Shown: piece by piece, positions 17,401-31,800 of the stretch
How positions within the stretch are numbered: the stretch's first letter is position 1
Layout: every line of letters begins with the position of its first letter
Origin: Eledone cirrhosa
Lineage: Eukaryota
Length of the DNA stretch: 64,000 nucleotides
Assembly: GCA_964016885.1 (NCBI GenBank)
Contig: OZ024743.1
Coordinates: 329,592,001 to 329,656,000 of the forward strand
Direction of reading: 5' to 3'
Program-made: the position numbers and the translations under genes
Notes under the pieces: model-generated
What the model was told of the DNA's origin: nothing
Database searches by the model: none
What the model saw: the letters and a program-made list of their open reading frames with translations, nothing else

Positions 17401-20400
17401 CTCAACACCATCGCAGATCATCACCCCTATCAACCACAGACGACGATCTCAACACCATCGCAGACCATTACCCCTATCAACCACAGACGAGGATCTCAAC
17501 ACCATCGCAGACCATCACACATATCAACCACAGACGACAATCTCAACACCATCGCAGACCAACACCCCTATCAACCAGAGACGACGATCTCAACACCATC
17601 GCAGACCATTACCCCTATCAACCACAGACGACGATCTCAACACCATCGCAGATCATCACCGCTATCAACCAGAGACAACGTTCTCAACACCATCGCAGAC
17701 CAACACACATATCAACCAGAGACGAGGATCTCAACACCATCGCAGACCATCACACCTATCAACCACAGACGACAATCTCAACACCATCGCAGACCATTAC
17801 CCCTATCAACCACAGACGACGATCTCAACACCATCGCAGACCATCACCCATATCAACCAGAGACGACGATCTCAACACCATCGCAGACCATCACACCTAT
17901 CAACCACAGCCGACGATCTCAACACCATCGCAGACCATCACCACTATCAACCACAGACGACGATCTCAACACCATCGCAGACCATCACCCCTATCACCCA
18001 CAGACGAAGTTCTCAACACTATCGCAGACCATCACCCCTATCAACCACAGACGAAGTTCTCAACACCATCGCAGACCATCACCCCTATCAACCAGAGACG
18101 AGGATCTCAACACCATCGCAGACCATCACCCCTATCAAACACAGACGACGATCTCAACACCATCGCAGACCATCACCCCTATCAACCACAGACGACGATC
18201 TCAATACCATCGCTGACAATCACCCTTATCAACCAGAGACGACGATCTCAACACCATCGCAGACCATCACCCCTATCAACCAGAGACGACGATCTCAACA
18301 CCATCGCAGACCATCACCCCTATCATCCACAGACGACTATCTCAACACCATCGTAGACCATCACCCCTATCAACCAGAGACGACGATCTCAACACCATCG
18401 GAGACCATCACCCCTATCAACCACAGACGACGATCTCAACACCATCGCAGACCATCACCCCTATCAACTAGAGACGACGATCTCAACACCATCGCAGTCC
18501 ATCAGCCCTATCAACCACAGACGACGTTCTCAACACCATCACAGACCATCACCCCTATCAAACACAGACGACTATCTCAACACCATCGCAGACCATCAGC
18601 CCTATCAACCACAGACGACGTTCTCAACACCATCACAGACCATCACCCCTATCAAACACAGACGACGATATCAACACCATCGCAGACCATCACCCCTATC
18701 AACCAGAGACGACGATCTCAACACCATTGCAGACCATCACCCCTATCAAACAGAGACGACGATCTCAACACCATCGCAGACCAACACATCTATCAACCAC
18801 AGACGACGATCTCAACACCATCGCAGACCATCACCCCTATCAACCACAGACGAGGATCTCAACACCATCGCAGATCATCACCCCTATCAACCACAGACGA
18901 CTATCTCAACACCATCGCAGACCATTACCCCTATCAACCACAGACGACGATCTCAACACCATCGCAGATTATCACCGCTATCAACCAGAGACAACGTTCT
19001 CAACACCATCGCAGACCAACACCCCTATCAACCAGAGACGACGATCTGAACACCATCGCAGACCATTACACCTATCAACCACAGACAATGATCTCAACAC
19101 CATCGCAGACCATCACCCCTATCAACCAGAGACGACGATCTAAACACCATCGCAGACCATCACACCTATCAACCACAGCCGACGATCTCAACACCATCGC
19201 AGACCATCACCACTATCAACCACAGACAACGATCTCAACACCATCGCAGACCGTCACCCCTATCAACAAGAGACGACGATCTCAACACCATCGCAAAACA
19301 TCACCCCTATCACCCACAGACGAAGTTCTCAACACTATCGCAGACCATCACCCCTATCAATCACAGACGAAGTTCTCAACACCATCGCAGACCATCACCC
19401 CTATCAACCAGAGACGAGGATCTCAACACCATCGCAGACCATCACCCCTATCAAACACAGACGACGATCTCAACACCATCGCAGACCATCACCCCTATCA
19501 ACCACAGACGACGATCTCAACACCATCGCAGACCATCACCCCTATCAACCACAGACGACTATCTCAATACCATCGCAGACCATTACCCCTATCAACCACA
19601 GACAACGATCTCAACACCATCGCAGACCATCACCCCTATCAACCACAGACGACTATCTCAACACCATCGCAGACCATCACCCCTATCAACCACAGACGAC
19701 TATCTCAACACCATCGCAGACCATTACCCCTATCAACCACAGACGACGATCTCAACACCATCGCAGACCATCACCCCTATCAACCACAGACGACTATCTC
19801 AATACCATCGCAGACCATTACCCCTATCAACCACAGACGACGATCTCAACACCATCGCAGACCATCACCCCTATCAACCACAGACGACTATCTCAACACC
19901 ATCGCAGACCATCACCCCTATCAACCACAGACGACGATCTCAACACCATCGCAGACCATCACCCCTATCAACCACAGACGACGATCTCAACACCATCGCA
20001 GACCATCACCCCTATCAACCACAGACGACGATCTCAACACCATTGCAGACCATCACCCCTATCAACCAGAGACGACGATCTCAACACCATCGCAGACCAA
20101 CACATCTATCAACCACAGACGACGATCTCAACACCATCGCAGACCATCACCCCTATCAACCACAGACGACGTTCTCAACACCATCGCCGACCATCACCCC
20201 TATCAACCACAGACGACGATCTCAACACCATTGCAGACCATCACCCCTATCAACCAGAGACGACGATCTCAACACCATCGCAGACCAACACATCTATCAA
20301 CCACAGACGACGATCTCAACGCCATCGCAGACCATCACCCCTATCAACCACAGACGACGATCTCAACACCATCGCAGAACATCACCCCTATCAACCACAG

Positions 20401-21949
20401 ACGACTATCTCAATACCATCGCAGACCATTACCCCTATCAACCACAGAAGACGATCTCAACACCATCGCAGACCATCACCCCTATCAACCACAGACGACT
20501 ATCTCAACACCATCGCAGACCATCACCCCTATCAACCACAGACGACGATCTCAACACCATCGCAGACCATCACCCCTATCAACCACAGACGACGATCTCA
20601 ACACCATCGCAGACCATCACCCCTATCAACCACAGACGACGATCTCAACACCATTGCAGACCATCACCCCTATCAACCAGAGACGACGATCTCAACACCA
20701 TCGCAGACCAACACATCTATCAACCACAGACGACTATCTCAACACCATCGCAGACCATCACCCCTATCAACCACAGACGACGTTCTCAACACCATCGCAG
20801 ACCATCACCCCTATCAACCAGAGACGACTATCTCAACACCATCGAAGACCATCACCCCTATCAACCAGAGACGAGGATCTCAACACCATCGCAGATCATC
20901 ACCCCTATCAACCACAGACGACTATCTCAACACCATCGCAGACCATTACCCCTATCAACCACAGACGACGATCTCAACACCATCGCAGATCATCACCGCT
21001 ATCAACCAGAGACAACGTTCTCAACACCATCGCAGACCAACACCCCTATCAACCAGAGACGACGATCTGAACACCATCGCAGACCATTACACCTATCAAC
21101 CACAGACAATGATCTCAACACCATCGCAGACCATCACCCCTATCAACCAGAGACGACGATCTAAACACCATCGCAGACCATCACACCTATCAACCACAGC
21201 CGACGATCTCAACACCATCGCAGACCATCACCACTATCAACCACAGACAACGATCTCAACACCATCGCAGACCGTCACCCCTATCAACAAGAGACGACGA
21301 TCTCAACACCATCGCAAAACATCACCCCTATCACCCACAGACGAAGTTCTCAACACTATCGCAGACCATCACCCCTATCAATCACAGACGAAGTTCTCAA
21401 CACCATCGCAGACCATCACCCCTATCAACCAGAGACGAGGATCTCAACACCATCGCAGACCATCACCCCTATCAAACACAGACGACGATCTCAACACCAT
21501 CGCAGACCATCACCCCTATCAACCACAGACGACGATCTCAACACCATCGCAGACCATCACCCCTATCAACCACAGACGACTATCTCAATACCATCGCAGA
21601 CCATTACCCCTATCAACCACAGACGACGACCTCAACACCATCGCAGACCATCACCCCTATCAACCACAGACGACGATCTCAACACCATCGCAGACCATCA
21701 CCCCTATCAACCACAGACGACGATCTCAACACCATTGCAGACCATCACCCCTATCAACCAGAGACGACGATCTCAACACCATCGCAGACCAACACATCTA
21801 TCAACCACAGACGACGATCTCAACACCATCGCAGAACGTCACCCCTATCAACCACAGACGACTATCTCAATACCATCGCAGACCATTACCACTATCAACC
21901 ACAGACGACGATCTTAACACCATCGCAGACCATCACCCCTATCAACCAC

Positions 21950-24900
21950 AGACGACGATCTCAACACCATCGCAGACCATCACCCCTATCAACCACAGAC
22001 GACGATCTCAACACCATCGCAGACCATCACCCCTATCAACCACAGACGACGATCTCAACACCATTGCAGACCATCACCCCTATCAACCAGAGACGACGAT
22101 CTCAACACCATCGCAGACCAACACATCTATCAACCACAGATGACTATCTCAACACCATCGCAGACCATCACCCCTATCAACCACAGACGACGTTCTCAAC
22201 ACCATCGCAGACCATCACCCCTATCAACCAGAGACGACTATCTCAACACCATCGAAGACCATCATCCCTATCAACCAGAGACGAGGATCTCAACACCATC
22301 GCAGATCATCACCCCTATCAACCACAGACGACTATCTCAACACCATCGCAGACCATTACCCCTATCAACCACAGACGACGATCTCAACACCATCGCAGAT
22401 CATCACCGCTATCAACCAGAGACAACGTTCTCAACACCATCGCAGACCAACACCCCTATCAACCAGAGACGACGATCTCAACACCATCGCAGACCATTAC
22501 ACCTATCAACCACAGACAACGATCTCAACACCATCGCAGACCATCACCCCTATCAACCAGAGACGACGATCTCAACACCATCGCAGACCATCACACCTAT
22601 CAACCACAGCCGACGATCTCAACACCATCGCAGACCATCACCACTATCAACCACAGACAACGATCTCAACACCATCGCAGACCGTCACCCCTATCAACCA
22701 GAGACGACGATCTCAACACCATCGCAAACCATCACTCCTATCACCCACAGACGAAGTTCTCAACACTATCGCAGACCATCACCCCTATCAACCACAGACG
22801 AAGTTCTCAACACCATCGCAGACCATCACCCCTATCAACCAGAGACGAGGATCTCAACACCATCGCAGACCATCACCCCTATCAAACACAGACGACGATC
22901 TCAACACCATCGCAGACCATCACCCCTATCAACCACAGACGACTATCTCAATACCATCGCAGACCATTACCCCTATCAACCACAGACGACGACCTCAACA
23001 CCATCGCAGACCATCACCCCTATCAACCACAGACGATGATATCAACATCATCGCAGACCATCACCCCTATCAACCACAGACGACGATCTCAACACCATCG
23101 CAGACCATCACCCCTATCAACCACAGACGACGATCTCAACACCATTGCAGACCATCACCCCTATCAACCAGAGACGACGATCTCAACACCATCGCAGACC
23201 AACACATCTATCAACCACAGACGACGATCTCAACACCATCGCAGACCATCACCCCTATCAACCACAGACGACGTTCTCAACACCATCGCAGACCATCACC
23301 CCTATCAACCAGAGACGACTATCTCAACACCATCGAAGACCATCACCCCTATCAACCAGAGACGAGGATCTCAACACCATCGCAGACCAACACATCTATC
23401 AACCACAGACGACGATCTCAACACCATCGCAGACCATCACCCCTATCAACCAGAGACGACTATCTCAACACCATTGCAGACCATCACCCCTATCAACCAG
23501 AGACGACGATCTCAACACCATCGCAGACCAACACATCTATCAACCACAGACGACGATCTCAACACCATCGCAGACCATCACCCCTATCAACCACAGACGA
23601 CGTTCTCAACACCATCGCCGACCATCACCCCTATCAACCACAGACGACGATCTCAACACCATTGCAGACCATCACCCCTATCAACCAGAGACGACGCTCT
23701 CAACACCATCGCAGACCAACACATCTATCAACCACAGACGACGATCTCAACGCCATCGCAGACCATCACCCCTATCAACCACAGACGACGATCTCAACAC
23801 CATCGCAGAACGTCACCCCTATCAACCACAGACGACTATCTCAATACCATCGCAGACCATTACCCCTATCAACCACAGACGACGATCTTAACACCATCGC
23901 AGACCATCACCCCTATCAACCACAGACGACTATCTCAACACCATCGCAGACCATCACCCCTATCAACCACAGACGACGATCTCAACACCATCGCAGACCA
24001 TCACCCCTATCAACCACAGACGACGATCTCAACACCATCGCAGACCATCACCCCTATCAACCACAGACGACGATCTCAACACCATTGCAGACCATCACCC
24101 CTATCAACCAGAGACGACGATCTCAACACCATCGCAGACCAACACATCTATCAACCACAGATGACTATCTCAACACCATCGCAGACCATCACCCCTATCA
24201 ACCACAGACGACGTTCTCAACACCATCGCAGACCATCACCCCTATCAACCAGAGACGACTATCTCAACACCATCGAAGACCATCATCCCTATCAACCAGA
24301 GACGAGGATCTCAACACCATCGCAGATCATCACCCCTATCAACCACAGACGACTATCTCAACACCATCGCAGACCATTACCCCTATCAACCACAGACGAC
24401 GATCTCAACACCATCGCAGATCATCACCGCTATCAACCAGAGACAACGTTCTCAACACCATCGCAGACCAACACCCCTATCAACCAGAGACGACGATCTC
24501 AACACCATCGCAGACCATTACACCTATCAACCACAGACAACGATCTCAACACCATCGCAGACCATCACCCCTATCAACCAGAGACGACGATCTCAACACC
24601 ATCGCAGACCATCACACCTATCAACCACAGCCGACGATCTCAACACCATCGCAGACCATCACCACTATCAACCACAGACAACGATCTCAACACCATCGCA
24701 GACCGTCACCCCTATCAACCAGAGACGACGATCTCAACACCATCGCAAACCATCACTCCTATCACCCACAGACGAAGTTCTCAACACTATCGCAGACCAT
24801 CACCCCTATCAACCACAGACGAAGTTCTCAACACCATCGCAGACCATCACCCCTATCAACCAGAGACGAGGATCTCAACACCATCGCAGACCATCACCCC

Positions 24901-25830
24901 TATCAAACACAGACGACGATCTCAACACCATCGCAGACCATCACCCCTATCAACCACAGACGACTATCTCAATACCATCGCAGACCATTACCCCTATCAA
25001 CCACAGACGACGACCTCAACACCATCGCAGACCATCACCCCTATCAACCACAGACGATGATATCAACATCATCGCAGACCATCACCCCTATCAACCACAG
25101 ACGACGATCTCAACACCATCGCAGACCATCACCCCTATCAACCACAGACGACGATCTCAACACCATTGCAGACCATCACCCCTATCAACCAGAGACGACG
25201 ATCTCAACACCATCGCAGACCAACACATCTATCAACCACAGACGACGATCTCAACACCATCGCAGACCATCACCCCTATCAACCACAGACGACGTTCTCA
25301 ACACCATCGCAGACCATCACCCCTATCAACCAGAGACGACTATCTCAACACCATCGAAGACCATCACCCCTATCAACCAGAGACGAGGATCTCAACACCA
25401 TCGCAGACCAACACATCTATCAACCACAGACGACGATCTCAACACCATCGCAGACCATCACCCCTATCAACCAGAGACGACTATCTCAACACCATTGCAG
25501 ACCATCACCCCTATCAACCAGAGACGACGATCTCAACACCATCGCAGACCAACACATCTATCAACCACAGACGACGATCTCAACACCATCGCAGACCATC
25601 ACCCCTATCAACCACAGACGACGTTCTCAACACCATCGCCGACCATCACCCCTATCAACCACAGACGACGATCTCAACACCATTGCAGACCATCACCCCT
25701 ATCAACCAGAGACGACGCTCTCAACACCATCGCAGACCAACACATCTATCAACCACAGACGACGATCTCAACGCCATCGCAGACCATCACCCCTATCAAC
25801 CACAGACGACGATCTCAACACCATCGCAGA
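21950..25830. repeat. Near-exact tandem block duplication, offset 2021 bp (43 monomers)
   Basis: Marker pairs are 2021 apart: ATGACTAT at 22140/24161, TGA ending at 23039/25060, TTG at 22064/24085, 23145/25166 and 23662/25683. GACGCTCTC and AACGCCATC variants occur in both copies. Confidence 0.9.
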
Positions 25831-28800
25831 ACATCACCCCTATCAACCACAGACGACTATCTCAATACCATCGCAGACCATTACCCCTATCAACCACAGA
25901 AGACGATCTCAACACCATCGCAGACCATCACCCCTATCAACCACAGACGACTATCTCAACACCATCGCAGACCATCACCCCTATCAACCACAGACGACGA
26001 TCTCAACACCATCGCAGACCATCACCCCTATCAACCACAGACGACGATCTCAACACCATCGCAGACCATCACCCCTATCAACCACAGACGACGATCTCAA
26101 CACCATTGCAGACCATCACCCCTATCAACCAGAGACGACGATCTCAACACCATCGCAGACCAACACATCTATCAACCACAGACGACTATCTCAACACCAT
26201 CGCAGACCATCACCCCTATCAACCACAGACGACGTTCTCAACACCATCGCAGACCATCACCCCTATCAACCAGAGACGACGATCTCAACACCATCGCAGA
26301 TCATCACCCCTATCAACTACAGACGACTATCTCAACACCATCGCAGACCATTACCCCTATCAACCATAGACGACGATCTCAACACCATCGCAGATCATCA
26401 CCGCTATCAACCAGAGACAACGTTCTCAACACCATCGCAGACCAACACCCCTATCAACCAGAGACGACGATCTGAACACCATCGCAGACCATTACACCTA
26501 TCAACCACAGACAATGATCTCAACACCATCGCAGACCATCACCCCTATCAACCAGAGACGACGATCTAAACACCATCGCAGACCATCACACCTATCAACC
26601 ACAGCCGACGATCTCAACACCATCGCAGACCATCACCACTATCAACCACAGACAACGATCTCAACACCATCGCAGACCGTCACCCCTATCAACAAGAGAC
26701 GACGATCTCAACACCATCGCAAAACATCACCCCTATCACCCACAGACGAAGTTCTCAACACTATCGCAGACCATCACCCCTATCAATCACAGACGAAGTT
26801 CTCAACACCATCGCAGACCATCACCCCTATCAAACACAGACGACGATCTCAACACCATCGCAGACCATCACCCCTATCAACCACAGACGACGATCTCAAC
26901 ACCATCGCAGACCATCACCCCTATCAACCACAGACGACTATCTCAATACCATCGCAGACCATTACCCCTATCAACCACAGACGACGACCTCAACACCATC
27001 GCAGACCATCACCCCTATCAACCACAGACGACGATCTCAACACCATCGCAGACCATCACCCCTATCAACCACAGACGACGATCTCAACACCATTGCAGAC
27101 CATCACCCCTATCAACCAGAGACGACGATCTCAACACCATCGCAGACCAACACATCTATCAACCACAGACGACGATCTCAACACCATCGCAGACCATCAC
27201 CCCTATCAACCACAGACGACGATCTCAACACCATCGCAGAACGTCACCCCTATCAACCACAGACGACTATCTCAATACCATCGCAGACCATTACCCCTAT
27301 CAACCACAGACGACGATCTCAACACCATCGCAGACCATCACCCCTATCAACCACAGACGACTATCTCAACACCATCGCAGACCATCACCCCTATCAACCA
27401 CAGACGACGATCTCAACACCATCGCAGACCATCACCCCTATCAACCACAGACGACGATCTCAACACCATCGCAGACCATCACCCCTATCAACCACAGACG
27501 ACGATCTCAACACCATTGCAGACCATCACCCCTATCAACCAGAGACGACGATCTCAACACCATCGCAGACCAACACATCTATCAACCACAGATGACTATC
27601 TCAACACCATCGCAGACCATCACCCCTATCAACCACAGACGACGTTCTCAACACCATCGCAGACCATCACCCCTATCAACCAGAGACGACTATCTCAACA
27701 CCATCGAAGACCATCATCCCTATCAACCAGAGACGAGGATCTCAACACCATCGCAGATCATCACCCCTATCAACCACAGACGACTATCTCAACACCATCG
27801 CAGACCATTACCCCTATCAACCACAGACGACGATCTCAACACCATCGCAGATCATCACCGCTATCAACCAGAGACAACGTTCTCAACACCATCGCAGACC
27901 AACACCCCTATCAACCAGAGACGACGATCTCAACACCATCGCAGACCATTACACCTATCAACCACAGACAACGATCTCAACACCATCGCAGACCATCACC
28001 CCTATCAACCAGAGACGACGATCTCAACACCATCGCAGACCATCACACCTATCAACCACAGCCGACGATCTCAACACCATCGCAGACCATCACCACTATC
28101 AACCACAGACAACGATCTCAACACCATCGCAGACCGTCACCCCTATCAACCAGAGACGACGATCTCAACACCATCGCAAACCATCACTCCTATCACCCAC
28201 AGACGAAGTTCTCAACACTATCGCAGACCATCACCCCTATCAACCACAGACGAAGTTCTCAACACCATCGCAGACCATCACCCCTATCAACCAGAGACGA
28301 GGATCTCAACACCATCGCAGACCATCACCCCTATCAAACACAGACGACGATCTCAACACCATCGCAGACCATCACCACTATCAACCACAGACGACTATCT
28401 CAATACCATCGCAGACCATTACCCCTATCAACCACAGACGACGACCTCAACACCATCGCAGACCATCACCCCTATCAACCACAGACTATGATATCAACAT
28501 CATCGCAGACCATCACCCCTATCAACCACAGACGACGATCTCAACACCATCGCAGACCATCACCCCTATCAACCACAGACGACGATCTCAACACCATTGC
28601 AGACCATCACCCCTATCAACCAGAGACGACGATCTCAACACCATCGCAGACCAACACATCTATCAACCACAGACGACGATCTCAACACCATCGCAGACCA
28701 TCACCCCTATCAACCACAGACGACGTTCTCAACACCATCGCAGACCATCACCCCTATCAACCAGAGACGACTATCTCAACACCATTGAAGACCATCACCC

Positions 28801-31800
28801 CTATCAACCAGAGACGAGGATCTCAACACCATCGCAGATCATCACCCCTATCAACCACAGACGACTATCTCAACACCATCGCAGACCATTACCCCTATCA
28901 ACCACAGACGAGGATCTCAACACCATCGCAGACCATCACACCTATCAACCACAGACGACAATCTCAACACCATCGCAGACCAACACCCCTATCAACCAGA
29001 GACGACGATCTCAACACCATCGCAGACCATTACCCCTATCAACCACAGACGACGATCTCAACACCATCGCAGATCATCACCGCTATCAACCAGAGACAAC
29101 GTTCTCAACACCATCGCAGACCAACACACATATCAACCAGAGACGAGGATCTCAACACCATCGCAGACCATCACACCTATCAACCACAGACGACAATCTC
29201 AACACCATCGCAGACCATTACCCCTATCAACCACAGACGACGATCTCAACACCATCGCAGACCATCACCCCTATCAACCAGAGACGACGATCTCAACACC
29301 ATCGCAGACCATCACACCTATCAACCACAGCCGACGATCTCAACACCATCGCAGACCATCACCACTATCAACCACAGACGACGATCTCAACACCATCGCA
29401 GACCATCACCCCTATCACCCACAGACGAAGTTCTCAACACTATCGCAGACCATCACCCCTATCAACCACAGACGAAGTTTTCAACACCATCGCAGACCAT
29501 CACCCCTATCAACCAGAGACGAGGATCTCAACACCATCGCAGACCATCACCCCTATCAAACACAGACGACGATCTCAACACCATCGCAGACCATCACCCC
29601 TATCAACCACAGACGACGATCTCAATACCATCGCTGACCATCACCCTTATCAACCAGAGACGACGATCTCAACACCATCGCAGACCATCACCCCTATCAA
29701 CCAGAGACGACGATCTCAACACCATCGCAGACCATCACCCCTATCATCCACAGACGACTATCTCAACACCATCGTAGACCATCACCCCTATCAACCAGAG
29801 ACGACGATCTCAACACCATCGGAGACCATCACCCCTATCAACCACAGACGACGATCTCAACACCATCGCAGACCATCACCCCTATCAACCAGAGACGACG
29901 ATCTCAACACCATCGCAGACCATCACCCCTATCATCCACAGACGACTATCTCAACACCATCGTAGACCATCACCCCTATCAACCAGAGACGACTATCTCA
30001 ACACCATCGTAGACCATCACCCCTATCAACCACAGACGACGATCTCAACACCATCGCAGACCATCACCCCTATCAACCACAGACGACGTTCTCAACACCA
30101 TCACAGACCATCACCCCTATCAAACACAGACGACTATCTCAACACCATCGCAGACCATCAGCCCTATCAACCACAGACGACGTTCTCAACACCATCACAG
30201 ACCATCACCCCTATCAAACACAGACGACGATATCAACACCATCGCAGACCATCACCCCTATCAACCAGAGACGACGATCTCAACACCATTGCAGACCATC
30301 ACCCCTATCAAACAGAGACGACGATCTCAACACCATCGCAGACCAACACATCTATCAACCACAGACGACGATCTCAACACCATCGCAGACCATCACCCCT
30401 ATCAACCACAGACGACGATCTCAACACCATCGCAGACCATCACCCCTATCAACCACAGACGACTATCTCAATACCATCGCAGACCATTACCCCTATCAAC
30501 CACAGACGACGATCTCAACACCATCGCAGACCATCACCCCTATCAACCACAGACGACTATCTCAACACCATCGCAGACCATCACCCTTATCAACCACAGA
30601 CGACGATCTCAACACCATCGCAGACCATCACCCCTATCAACCACAGACGACGATCTCAACACCATCGCAGACCATCACCCCTATCAACCACAGACGACGA
30701 TCTCAACACCATTGCAGACCATCACCCCTATCAACCAGAGACGACGATCTCAACACCATCGCAGACCATCAGACCTATCAACCACAGACGACGTTCTCAA
30801 CACCATCGCAGACCATCACACCTATCAACCACAGACGTTGATCTCAACACCATTGCAGACCATCACCCCTATCAACCAGAGACGACGATCTCAACACCAT
30901 CGCAGACCATCACCACTATCCACCTCAGACGACGTTCTCAACACCATCGCAGACCATCACCCCTATCAACCACAGACGACGATCTCAACACCATCGCAGA
31001 CCATCACCCCTATCAACCACAGACGACGATCTCAACACCATCGCTGACCATCACCCCTATCAACCACAGACGACGATCTCAACACCATCGCAGACCATCA
31101 CCACTATCAACCACAGACAACGATCTCAACACCATCGCAGACCATCACCCCTATCAACCAGAGACGACGATCTCAACACCATCGCAGACCATCACCCCTA
31201 TCACCCACAGACGAAGTTCTCAACACTATCGCAGACCATCACCCCTATCAACCACAGACGAAGTTCTCAACACCATCGCAGACCATCACCCCTATCAACC
31301 AGAGACGAGGATCTCAACACCATCGCAGACCATCACCCCTATCAAACACAGACGACGATCTCAACACCATCGCAGACCATCACTCCTATCAACCACAGAC
31401 GACGATCTCAATACCATCGCTGACCATCACCCTTATCAACCAGAGACGACGATCTCAACACCATCGCAGACCATCACCCCTATCAACCAGAGACGACGAT
31501 CTCAACACCATCGCAGACTATCACCCCTATCAACCACAGACGACTATCTCAACACCATCGCAGACCATCACCCCTATCAACTACAGACGACGATCTCAAC
31601 ATTATCGCAGACCATCACCCCTATCAACCACAGACGACGATCTCAACACCATCGCAGACCATCACCCCTATCGACCACAGACGACGATCTCAACACCATT
31701 GCAGACCATCACCCCTATCAACCAGAGACGACGATCTCAACACCATCGCAGACCAACACATCTATCAACCACAGACGACGATCTCAACACCATCGCAGAC

